Shown: positions 23,434-30,921 of the stretch, piece after piece
Layout: each line of letters opens with the position of its first letter
How positions within the stretch are numbered: the first letter of the stretch is position 1
From: Hymenobacter norwichensis DSM 15439
GTDB taxonomy: Bacteria > Bacteroidota > Bacteroidia > Cytophagales > Hymenobacteraceae
Direction of reading: 5' to 3'
Assembly (NCBI RefSeq): GCF_000420705.1
Contig: NZ_ATVL01000006.1
Span: 712,267-744,266, forward strand
Length of the DNA: 32,000 nt
The notes under the pieces: model-generated
The model's input: the letters and a program-made list of their open reading frames with translations, nothing else
The model's database searches: none
Told to the model about the DNA's origin: nothing
Translations under genes and position numbers: made by a program

Positions 23434-23748
23434 AAGAAAAAGGATTACGCTCGATGCTTCACTAGCAACTGCCCCATATACGGTGCTTCGGCGGTTAAGG
23501 TACAGTAATTTAAGAAATTGAAGTACAAAGCACTGAAAATCACATATTCTTAATATCGGGTAAGCTCCTCTGCATTTGGGCGACAAGGTCTTTCAGCCTA
23601 TATCCAACGCGTATTTGGCTGGGAAAAGCCCCTGATATTCCCCTACCTTACCGCCGACTGCTTAGCTGCGCGAGGCATTTATCCGTACCGGATTTTATTG
23701 CCCTCTGTAGTCCGTCGTTCATCAGTTTCGTTCTTCTGTTTCTATTCT
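23434..23748. promoter_or_regulatory. Divergent intergenic region between tssB-tssC-hcp and clpV
   Basis: 315 bp, relatively AT-rich, between two divergent T6SS transcription units. No consensus promoter elements could be assigned with confidence. Confidence 0.3.
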
Positions 23749-26301
23749 ATGGCTTACACCGACGAGTTAAAGCGTGCCCTCCACATTGCCCAGGCCGTGG
23801 CCCACGAGTATCGCCACGAGTATTATGCCGCGCCGCACCTATTAATGGCACTGTTGCACAATGAGATAGGATTGGCCTCGTGGCTGGCTGTAGATCTAGA
23901 CAAGGACATTCATTACTTGCGCGAGTGGGTGGAAGTGCGCCTAGAGGGCCTGCCGAAAGCCACCCGCCCCCCAGAAATGCCCGCCGCCGACAAAGACCTT
24001 AAGCCGGTGCTAGAAGTAGCTGACTTAGTGGCCCTACAACTCGCCAAAGACCAGACTGACCCACTGTGCGCCCTGGCGGCACTGCTCCGGCCAGGCCTAG
24101 TGTACACGCCCGAGCAACTCAAATCGTTGCCGCTCACCCAGCGCGAAGTGGTGGAAGCCGCCGAGCCCGATGCCATGCAGCCCGTTGCTGTAGGCGCCGA
24201 TGGGCATGAATCAGCGCCGCTCACTGACCGGGCATCACCGGTTGGTAAAGCAGGGGCACTGGCTACGTACTGCGTGAATAAAACAGAGCAGGCTGCTGCT
24301 GGCAAACTCGACCCCATTGTGGGCCGCGACGCCGAAACCCGGCAGATGGCCGAAATCTTGGGCCGGCGTACCAAACCCAATGTGCTGCTGGTAGGGGAGC
24401 CCGGCGTGGGCAAATCGGCGCTGGTGGAAGGTTTTGCCCAGCAGATTGTGCTGAAAAAGGTGCCCACGCATTTGCAGCAGGTAACCTTGTTCGAGTTGGA
24501 TTTGGGCACGCTGGTGGCCGGGGCTTCTTACAAAGGTGAGGTGGAAGACCGGATCAAGAGCGTGCTCAGCGAAATCAAGCAGTACACCCGCGCCATCCTG
24601 TTTATTGATGAAATTCATGCTCTGCTAGACCCCAAAGGTTCGGCGGGCTCAGGCATTGCGCAACTGCTGAAGCCAGAGCTGGCGCGCGGCGAAATCACCG
24701 TTATTGGAGCTACCACCAACGACGAGTATCGCCAGTACATTGAGGCTGACGAGGCCTTTAATCGCCGGTTTGACGTGTTGCGGGTGGAGGAGCCGAGCGT
24801 GGTGGTGGCCGAACGAATGGTAGCCAGCGTGCTACCTTACTACGCCAGCCACCACGGCCTGCAAGTGGGTGCGGGCACTGTAGAGGAAGCTGTACGCCTA
24901 GCCAAGCGCTACATCAAAGACCGGCAGCTGCCCGACTCAGCCATTGACCTGGTGGACCGCACCATGGCCGCCATCCGCATGCTCGACGACCACGCCGGCG
25001 CCGAGCTGTTGCAACTACAGCAAGATTTCGAGCAGCTAGCCGAAGCGCACCGCGACTTTCCAGAGCCGGAGCGCCTAAAGGAGCTGCGCTGGTTTCTGTA
25101 CCAGGTGCAAAACCAGGTCAGCCACCTCTGGCTCAACCAGCTCGACCAGGAGCAGCAGCCTGATACGCTGGAAACCTCGGAAGCCCTAGAAACATATATT
25201 CGGGAGCTGCTGGCGTCGGTAATCGAGCTGTCTGCTACCAAGAAAGACAGCGTAGAGCGGGCCGATATTGCGGCAGTAGTATCAGGCAAAACCGGTATTC
25301 CGCTAGGCAAGCTGCAAAGTAACGAGCGGGACAAGCTCCTAAACATGGACCAGACCCTGCAACAGCGCGTGGTGGGCCAGAACCACGCGGTGAAGGCGCT
25401 GTGCGAAGCCATTCTGGAGTCGCGCTCCGGCCTTACCAAGGCGGGGCAGCCCATTGGCTCGTTCTTTTTGCTGGGTCCTACGGGTACTGGCAAAACCGAG
25501 CTGGCAAAGTCTCTGGCCGATTTTCTGTTCAACGACGAGTCGTTTTTGATTCGCTTTGATATGTCGGAATTCAAGGAGGAGCACTCGGCGGCGCTGCTCT
25601 ATGGCGCGCCTCCCGGCTACGTGGGCTACGAGGAAGGTGGTATGCTGGTGAACAAGATTCGGGAGAAGCCTTACTCGGTGGTGCTGTTCGACGAAATTGA
25701 GAAGGCGCATAGCTCGGTGTTCGACATCTTCCTGCAGATTCTGGACGAAGGCCGCCTGCACGACCGGCTGGGCCGGGAAGGCGACTTTTCCAATGCGGTT
25801 ATCCTGTTCACCTCCAACATTGGCAGCGAGCAAATCATCAAGTCGTTTGGGGAAGGGCAGATTCCGGCTACCAACACACTCATGGAAACCATGAGCCGCC
25901 ACTTCCGCCCCGAGTTCCTAGCCCGCCTCACCGAAATAGTGCCGTTTGCGCCTATTTCCGAAGAAAACGTGGTGCAGATATTCGACATTCATTTGCGGCC
26001 GTTGCAGGAGCAGCTGCGGCGGCAGGGCATCACGCTCAACCTCTCAGACGACGCCCGGACGCATCTGGCACTGTCGGGCTTCACGCCGCGCTACGGCGCC
26101 CGGCCTATAAAAGGCGTAATCCGGCAGCAGCTGCGGCGTCCCATTTCCCGGATGATAATTGCCGGCGAAGCCAGTAAAGGCACGGTAATTTCGCTGGACA
26201 AGGCCTCTGAAGCCGAGGAGCTGACTTGGCAGGTGCAGGCGGCGCCTTCGGAAGCTGCCGAGGAGCCTATGGCTATGCCCACGGAAGAAGTTGCCAGTTA
26301 G
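23749..26301 (+). CDS. clpV: ClpV/TssH AAA+ ATPase (Clp/Hsp100 family)
   Basis: About 850 aa from the ATG at 23749. Clp N-domain (MAYTDELKRALHIAQAVAHEYRHEYYAAPHLLMALL). Two Walker A motifs, GEPGVGKS and GPTGTGKT. IDEIH and FDEIEKAH Walker B regions. FRPEFLARL sensor region. Located inside a T6SS cluster. Confidence 0.9.
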   Translation: MAYTDELKRALHIAQAVAHEYRHEYYAAPHLLMALLHNEIGLASWLAVDLDKDIHYLREWVEVRLEGLPKATRPPEMPAADKDLKPVLEVADLVALQLAKDQTDPLCALAALLRPGLVYTPEQLKSLPLTQREVVEAAEPDAMQPVAVGADGHESAPLTDRASPVGKAGALATYCVNKTEQAAAGKLDPIVGRDAETRQMAEILGRRTKPNVLLVGEPGVGKSALVEGFAQQIVLKKVPTHLQQVTLFELDLGTLVAGASYKGEVEDRIKSVLSEIKQYTRAILFIDEIHALLDPKGSAGSGIAQLLKPELARGEITVIGATTNDEYRQYIEADEAFNRRFDVLRVEEPSVVVAERMVASVLPYYASHHGLQVGAGTVEEAVRLAKRYIKDRQLPDSAIDLVDRTMAAIRMLDDHAGAELLQLQQDFEQLAEAHRDFPEPERLKELRWFLYQVQNQVSHLWLNQLDQEQQPDTLETSEALETYIRELLASVIELSATKKDSVERADIAAVVSGKTGIPLGKLQSNERDKLLNMDQTLQQRVVGQNHAVKALCEAILESRSGLTKAGQPIGSFFLLGPTGTGKTELAKSLADFLFNDESFLIRFDMSEFKEEHSAALLYGAPPGYVGYEEGGMLVNKIREKPYSVVLFDEIEKAHSSVFDIFLQILDEGRLHDRLGREGDFSNAVILFTSNIGSEQIIKSFGEGQIPATNTLMETMSRHFRPEFLARLTEIVPFAPISEENVVQIFDIHLRPLQEQLRRQGITLNLSDDARTHLALSGFTPRYGARPIKGVIRQQLRRPISRMIIAGEASKGTVISLDKASEAEELTWQVQAAPSEAAEEPMAMPTEEVAS

Positions 26302-26400
26302 GCTACAACGGGTAACTGGTTGAAAGGTCAGACTCTGGGGGAGGTACTTTCCGGCGGTGACGCTCGTGCCGCAGTGGCACCATCAGTGGCGCGACCAAGT

Positions 26401-26456
26401 GGCTCTGAATCCGTTTAGACCTGCCATATACAATGGCGCTAAACGGATTCAGAGCC
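26401..26456. repeat. Perfect 18-bp inverted repeat downstream of clpV
   Basis: GGCTCTGAATCCGTTTAG at 26401-26418 and CTAAACGGATTCAGAGCC at 26439-26456, with a 20-nt loop, 100 bp after the clpV stop. No U-tract follows. Confidence 0.7.
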
Positions 26457-26525
26457 GCAAATGGTTGAGCACACCAAGCACGAGAAAGACCGGAGCATTG
26501 GCCCTATCACCGTGGACTTAGGATA

Positions 26526-27518
26526 ATGAATGTGCCCACTTGGCCCCGCTTGCTTGTAACTTCTATGGGCTGGCTATGGATGTTGTTGCTGTCCTTCACC
26601 CAATGCCACTCCATGGGAGCTTCCGCTAATCCTGTCTATAAACACAAGCCCGAAGAATACTTCCCTACTGCTCCGGCCCAGACGTTGGCGCAAGCCATTC
26701 GGGAGGATGATGTAGCGGGAATTGAGGCTGTGTTCCGTGAGTATCCTGCTCTGAATCCCAACCTGGAAGGCCGGCAAGGCGTCACATTTCTATTCTGGGC
26801 ATATTCGCACCACCACGTGAAGGCTATGCAGGCCTTGGTAGCACACAAAGCCGACGTCAATCAGCCGTTGCATCTGCCTGATGGCCGAGGCGGCACCTGC
26901 ACTACGCACCTGCTCAATATTGCCACCGAAGGTCCCAAGGATAAGTTGTTGTTGGCTTTGCTTGAGTTAGGTGCCAACCCGAACGTAAAAGATGAGCGGA
27001 AGATGCCGGCTCTGCTCAACGCTGTATATATCAACAACTATAAGCGCATGGAAATGCTACTCGACCACGGAGCCGACATCAATGGTACCGACAGCGCGGG
27101 CGGCACAGCAGCAGCAACCTTAGCCAGCCTCAACAACTTCGAGATGGTGCATTACCTGTTGGAGCGCGGAGCCGACTGGCGTATCAACAATGGGGAGGTA
27201 GCACTGAGCACACAAGAAAAAAGCCTTGGGAATGCTGAAGCCACCCAATGGCAAGTCAAGGTGAAGCAGTTGCTGATTGGCCGCGGCGCAAAATTCCCGG
27301 TGCCTTCATCGGGAGCAAAACGCTATGCTGCCATTCGCGAGAAGTGGGAGCAGACCCCCGAAGGCCGCGCCTGGCGCGAAAAGCTCGATGCCCTGGGCGC
27401 CCAGCCCGAGGTGGTAGGCAGGCCCTGGGTGCAGGAGGAAGACCAGGCCCGAGCCGCCATGAAAGCGTGGATGAAGCAACAAAGTATACCAGAGCCGCCT
27501 TTTTTCACTCCTGAATAG
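26526..27518 (+). CDS. Secreted or lipid-anchored ankyrin-repeat protein
   Basis: 330 aa with an N-terminal hydrophobic signal-like segment (LLVTSMGWLWMLLLSFTQC). At least three or four ankyrin units: VTFLFWAYSHHHVKAMQALVAHKADVNQ, HLLNIATEGPKDKLLLALLELGANPNVKD, PALLNAVYINNYKRMEMLLDHGADINGTD, TAAATLASLNNFEMVHYLLERGADW. Confidence 0.75.
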   Translation: MNVPTWPRLLVTSMGWLWMLLLSFTQCHSMGASANPVYKHKPEEYFPTAPAQTLAQAIREDDVAGIEAVFREYPALNPNLEGRQGVTFLFWAYSHHHVKAMQALVAHKADVNQPLHLPDGRGGTCTTHLLNIATEGPKDKLLLALLELGANPNVKDERKMPALLNAVYINNYKRMEMLLDHGADINGTDSAGGTAAATLASLNNFEMVHYLLERGADWRINNGEVALSTQEKSLGNAEATQWQVKVKQLLIGRGAKFPVPSSGAKRYAAIREKWEQTPEGRAWREKLDALGAQPEVVGRPWVQEEDQARAAMKAWMKQQSIPEPPFFTPE

Positions 27519-27565
27519 GTAAGCAGCAGGCCACGTACAGCTAGGTAGATATCTGAGGTTGTTTG

Positions 27566-29413
27566 CTACAGGCTGGTAGCTGCCACGCTCACCTCGTAGG
27601 GTAGGTTCATGGCCGACTGGCTGGCCAGCAGCGTTTGCAATTCCTGCGCGGCCCGCTGCCACTCTGGCCCCGATAGGCGGCTGCCTGCCGCGGGGCTTAG
27701 TACCACCCGAATGCAGCGGACGAAGCCTTCTGTAGGGGTAGTGCCATTCCGAAAACCCTTCTCGATGTGTACCTGGCTAAGCTGGCTGCCCAATTCAGCC
27801 CAGCACGCTGCCCGGATGTCTTCCAGCGTGACAATACGGTTGCGGCTGAGTAGGTTTTTGCGCAGCGCGTGCACCCGCTCCTCGGGGCGGGGCCGCTCCC
27901 GGCCACCAAGGGAAGTAGTAAGTAGTTGCACGCCTTCAAGGTAATGGCCATCATATACTAGCAGGCGGGTGCCGGTAGGCAGGCGGTTGCCGGCCTCCCC
28001 GTCGCTCGACCAGTACTCCAGATACACACTGTCGTTGGCGTCGCGGGGGCGCAGCATCACGTAAGGAGCCGGGTCGCGGCCGATTTCCACTTCGGTTTGG
28101 GTGAGGCGTTCTTCCAGCCGGGCCAGATTCTGGTTGAGCTCCCGCAGGGTGTTGGACACGAAATCGGTGCCGGTGGCGGTGAAGGCGCGGCTTTCGTCGC
28201 GGAGTAGCTCCAGCAGCTCCAGCAGCGCCTCCTGGCCGGAGCGGGCATCAAAACGGCCGGCCCCGTACCGCAGCGTGTAGGTATCGGTGTCGTTTTCTTG
28301 GAGGCTGGTGAGGGTAGTAGACCGAAAGACCACGTTGCGCAAGCTGTACACCTCCCGAATAGCCAGAAAAGCCTCTTCCGATACCAACGGAAAAATGTTG
28401 AGGGCCGGCTGCAACCGGAACAGCTGCTTATTGAGCCGCCGATTGAGCACCGGGAAGCAGTTCAGCCCACAGGTTAGGGTGGCCAGCGCCTCGGGCGGTA
28501 GAGCGTGGGAGAAGCGGATTTCCAGCCAAATTAGGGGCTGCGTGAAGGTTTGCACCACTTCCGGGGCGAAGCGGGGCACCAGCACCGCCGGAAACGACTC
28601 GCGCAGGTAGAATTGCAGCTCAGCGGCCGGCGTAGGCAACAGGCGCACGAAGCTGGGGCCGTAGAGGTTGCGCACGTGCTGCTCAACCCGCTGTAAAAAG
28701 TCGTATTCCTGGTGCAGCAGCGGCGTGGCATCGTCGGATAGGGCATCCAGCCCCTGCGCTACGGGCAGCGTACGGTCGGCCAGGCGCCAGCTTTCACCCG
28801 GCAGATAGGCTAGGTAAGTGTCGCGCCGGGGCTCATTCAACCAGTCGAAATAAAAGGAAAGGTCGGCCAGGGAGGTAATTTCGGGGTGTAATTCCACTCC
28901 CAGCCAGAGGCGGCGGTATTCGGAGGGCTCAAGGTTCATGGCGCCGGCCAATGGCCGCTTCTGGCCTGCCGCTTCCACGCGCCAGATATAGTCGTCGGTG
29001 GCCAGGTAGCGCACTGCGCCATCGGTGAGGCGGGTGGCTTGCAACGGTGAGAAGAAGATGCCGCCGCCTGTGGCCGCTCGCCCAACGCTGGGCCGCTGGA
29101 ACAGAAACTGCGCATCAGGCGGGAGCTGCATGTACGGCTCCCGAGGCTGAGCCTGAGCAATGGCGTGAGCCGGGCGCGGGGCATCTACCACGTCGGGGTT
29201 CAGCAGGCCCGCCAGCCGCTCCACCAACCGGTATTGCGTGTTGTTGATTTCCTGCCCAATCTTCTCCAACTCCACCGCACAGGCCTCCAGCAACAGCTCC
29301 ACTAGTGGGTCGAAGCCTTCCATGTCGGCTTCGGTATAGCCCCACATTTCGGCGGCCTTCTGCGTCAAACGACTCTTGATACCACCCTTAGTGAAATCCT
29401 CGGAAAATTGCAT
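27566..29413 (-). CDS. tssF: T6SS baseplate subunit TssF
   Basis: 615 aa, immediately downstream of the gp25-like tssE. The size and the tssE-tssF order are typical. The family call rests on context plus recollection of T6SSiii TssF sequences. Confidence 0.7.
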   Translation of the reverse strand: MQFSEDFTKGGIKSRLTQKAAEMWGYTEADMEGFDPLVELLLEACAVELEKIGQEINNTQYRLVERLAGLLNPDVVDAPRPAHAIAQAQPREPYMQLPPDAQFLFQRPSVGRAATGGGIFFSPLQATRLTDGAVRYLATDDYIWRVEAAGQKRPLAGAMNLEPSEYRRLWLGVELHPEITSLADLSFYFDWLNEPRRDTYLAYLPGESWRLADRTLPVAQGLDALSDDATPLLHQEYDFLQRVEQHVRNLYGPSFVRLLPTPAAELQFYLRESFPAVLVPRFAPEVVQTFTQPLIWLEIRFSHALPPEALATLTCGLNCFPVLNRRLNKQLFRLQPALNIFPLVSEEAFLAIREVYSLRNVVFRSTTLTSLQENDTDTYTLRYGAGRFDARSGQEALLELLELLRDESRAFTATGTDFVSNTLRELNQNLARLEERLTQTEVEIGRDPAPYVMLRPRDANDSVYLEYWSSDGEAGNRLPTGTRLLVYDGHYLEGVQLLTTSLGGRERPRPEERVHALRKNLLSRNRIVTLEDIRAACWAELGSQLSQVHIEKGFRNGTTPTEGFVRCIRVVLSPAAGSRLSGPEWQRAAQELQTLLASQSAMNLPYEVSVAATSL

Positions 29414-29478
29414 GTAACTAGAGAAGATAGGAGTTAAGAGCTAAAAGGGAAGACTGGAGAGCTATGAGTTCTAATCCA

Positions 29479-29536
29479 GAGGTGAGGAGTTGGAAGCTAG
29501 GAGCTTTTGCTTCTAACTTCCAGCTTCTCACTCCTC
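29479..29536 (-). other. Imperfect long stem-loop in the tssE-tssF intergenic spacer
   Basis: Plus strand reads GAGGTGAGGAGTTGGAAGCTAGGAGC TTTTG CTTCTAACTTCCAGCTTCTCACTCCTC. The paired blocks are GAGGAGT/ACTCCTC, TGGAAG/CTTCCA and an inner block with one mismatch and one wobble pair, plus a 7-nt bulge. The spacer is 135 bp, unusually long for this compact operon. Confidence 0.4.
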
Positions 29537-29548
29537 AGTTCTCTCAGC

Positions 29549-29974
29549 TTATACTACTGACAGGGGCGCCACAAACAGGCTGGCGCGAAACGAAAACGGC
29601 TCGTTAGTGCGCTGCAAAGTAGCCCGCACCGTTACTTCCAGCCGCTTGCGGATGCGCTGGCTGACGCCTTTCATTTCGAAGTCGTCGACGCCGACGAGCA
29701 CCTTCACCTGGCCCAGGCGCGGCTCCCGCTCGGCAATGCTTTGTTCCACCGACCGTTGCACGTTGTCTTTCCAGCGCATATTGGTCATGGCCTCGAAATC
29801 CTGCTGCCACACCACGCAGCCAAAGTTCGGGTCGAAGCGCGACTCCCCGAAGTGCGTGGTCAGCATCAGGTACAAATGCTGGGCAATAGACTCCTGTACT
29901 GAGCACCGGGGCAGGGGCCGCCGCTGCAACAGTTCCTCGAAGTTCAGGGGAAGGCGGTAGTAGTCGTTGCTCAT
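29549..29974 (-). CDS. tssE: T6SS baseplate wedge protein TssE (GPW/gp25 lysozyme-like family)
   Basis: 141 aa. SIAQHLYLMLTTHFGESRFDPNFGCVVWQQDF...NVQRSVEQSIAEREPRL matches the gp25-like pattern. Sits between the TssO-like gene and tssF. Confidence 0.8.
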   Translation of the reverse strand: MSNDYYRLPLNFEELLQRRPLPRCSVQESIAQHLYLMLTTHFGESRFDPNFGCVVWQQDFEAMTNMRWKDNVQRSVEQSIAEREPRLGQVKVLVGVDDFEMKGVSQRIRKRLEVTVRATLQRTNEPFSFRASLFVAPLSVV

Positions 29975-30009
29975 TATAACAGGGGAAAGACGGCGGAGGG
30001 CCGAAAATC

Positions 30010-30888
30010 TTATTTGTAGCCGAAAAGGCCCCGCTTACGGCCCAACTCCTTGTCAATGGAGTCAATCATTTTCTCCACGCTGTCTTTCATATCATCGGAG
30101 CTAGGGTTTTGCAGAATGGCCACGAAGCCCTTGCGCGACTGTTCCAGCATTTCTTTGCGCTGCTCCTTGCTCATGCTCGAAGCCCGCAGCCGCAGGCAGT
30201 CGGCGTTGGCAAACCGAAGCTGGTCGGTGAGCAACGCTACTTGGCCGCCACTAGCCTCCAGGCGGCGCTGCATGTCGCCGCTCCGGCCGCCGCCGCCACC
30301 ACCGCCGCCGCTATTTATAACTGGGGCCGGACGGTTGGCTGCTGCCGCTTGGTAAGTAGCCAGCAGTTGCTTGGTTTGGGCTAGCTCGGCAGCTATCTGC
30401 TCCTTGCCCGATACATCAATACCCTTTTTGTCGAGTGACTGGCGCAGGAAATCCACGGTGTTGCGGTTGCTGCGGAACAGGTCGAAGTCGCGCAAAACGT
30501 TGTGGGCTAGGCGCTTGTTAGTGTGGAGCTGCATTTTGGTGGAGTCGCGCCGCAACTCACTCAGCGTGACGGCAATGGCGTTCAGGTAGTCCTGGCTGCG
30601 CTTGTTTAGTTCGCCCACCACTAGGTCGTTGCTTTCGGTGCGGAGTTGCCGGTCGGTGAGTTCGATGCGCTGCAAATAGCCCGTAAGCGTATCAAGCTGG
30701 GTAAGCAGCCGGGTCTGCTCGGTGCGGGTGCGCTCCAGCTCCTGCTTAAGTTTCTGATTTTCACTGGCAATCGAGCCGTCGGAAAACAGGTAGTACGAGG
30801 CCAGCAGCGGCAAAGCCAGCGCCAGCACGTAGAAGACGAGAAATTTCCACAGACGGGTTGTGCGTTCGGCGTGGTTAAGAGGCTTCAT
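30010..30888 (-). CDS. N-terminally anchored TM/coiled-coil protein with a Gly8 tract; candidate T6SSiii membrane-complex component (TssO-like)
   Basis: 292 aa with a TM helix (LWKFLVFYVLALALPLLASYYLF), a long coiled coil (NQKLKQELERTRTEQTRLLTQLDTL...) and SGGGGGGGGRS at nt about 30285-30311. Lies between tssK and tssE. The TssO label is tentative. Confidence 0.4.
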   Translation of the reverse strand: MKPLNHAERTTRLWKFLVFYVLALALPLLASYYLFSDGSIASENQKLKQELERTRTEQTRLLTQLDTLTGYLQRIELTDRQLRTESNDLVVGELNKRSQDYLNAIAVTLSELRRDSTKMQLHTNKRLAHNVLRDFDLFRSNRNTVDFLRQSLDKKGIDVSGKEQIAAELAQTKQLLATYQAAAANRPAPVINSGGGGGGGGRSGDMQRRLEASGGQVALLTDQLRFANADCLRLRASSMSKEQRKEMLEQSRKGFVAILQNPSSDDMKDSVEKMIDSIDKELGRKRGLFGYK

Positions 30889-30921
30889 GCAGGTGGGAGC
30901 AGTGACGAACGAAAAACAGGA

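Noticed and set aside
23434-23748. Search for Bacteroidetes-type promoter elements (TAnnTTTG -7 box with an upstream TTG) in the tssB/clpV divergent region, and also upstream of vgrG and hcp
   Set aside because: I found no exact match I could defend by eye, and partial matches are too frequent to be meaningful. Only the intergenic regions themselves are reported, at low confidence.
23913-25988. Large antisense ORFs within clpV (23913-24509, 24235-24618, 24909-25574, 25339-25902, 25671-25988)
   Set aside because: The ClpV frame carries both Walker A/B sets and is unambiguous. The antisense products are Ser/Arg/Ala-rich with no motifs.
27248-27662. ORFs 27248-27514 (+), 27306-27662 (-) and 27323-27508 (-) at the ankyrin/tssF convergence, considered as a possible small tssG substitute
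   Set aside because: They overlap the well-supported ankyrin C-terminus in other frames, are Arg/Gly/Pro/Ala-rich, and are far too short for TssG.
29604-30065. 153-aa minus-strand ORF overlapping tssE, and the plus-strand ORF 29607-29960
   Set aside because: They are off-frame or antisense to the gp25-like TssE frame, which has the family motifs. The alternative products are Arg/Ala/Pro-rich.
30285-30311. GCC/GGC-rich run encoding Gly8, considered as a slipped-strand phase-variation tract
   Set aside because: The run is an imperfect mix of GGC and GGT codons rather than a pure trinucleotide repeat. In-frame triplet slippage would only change hinge length and would not switch the gene off. 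It is kept only as a descriptive note.
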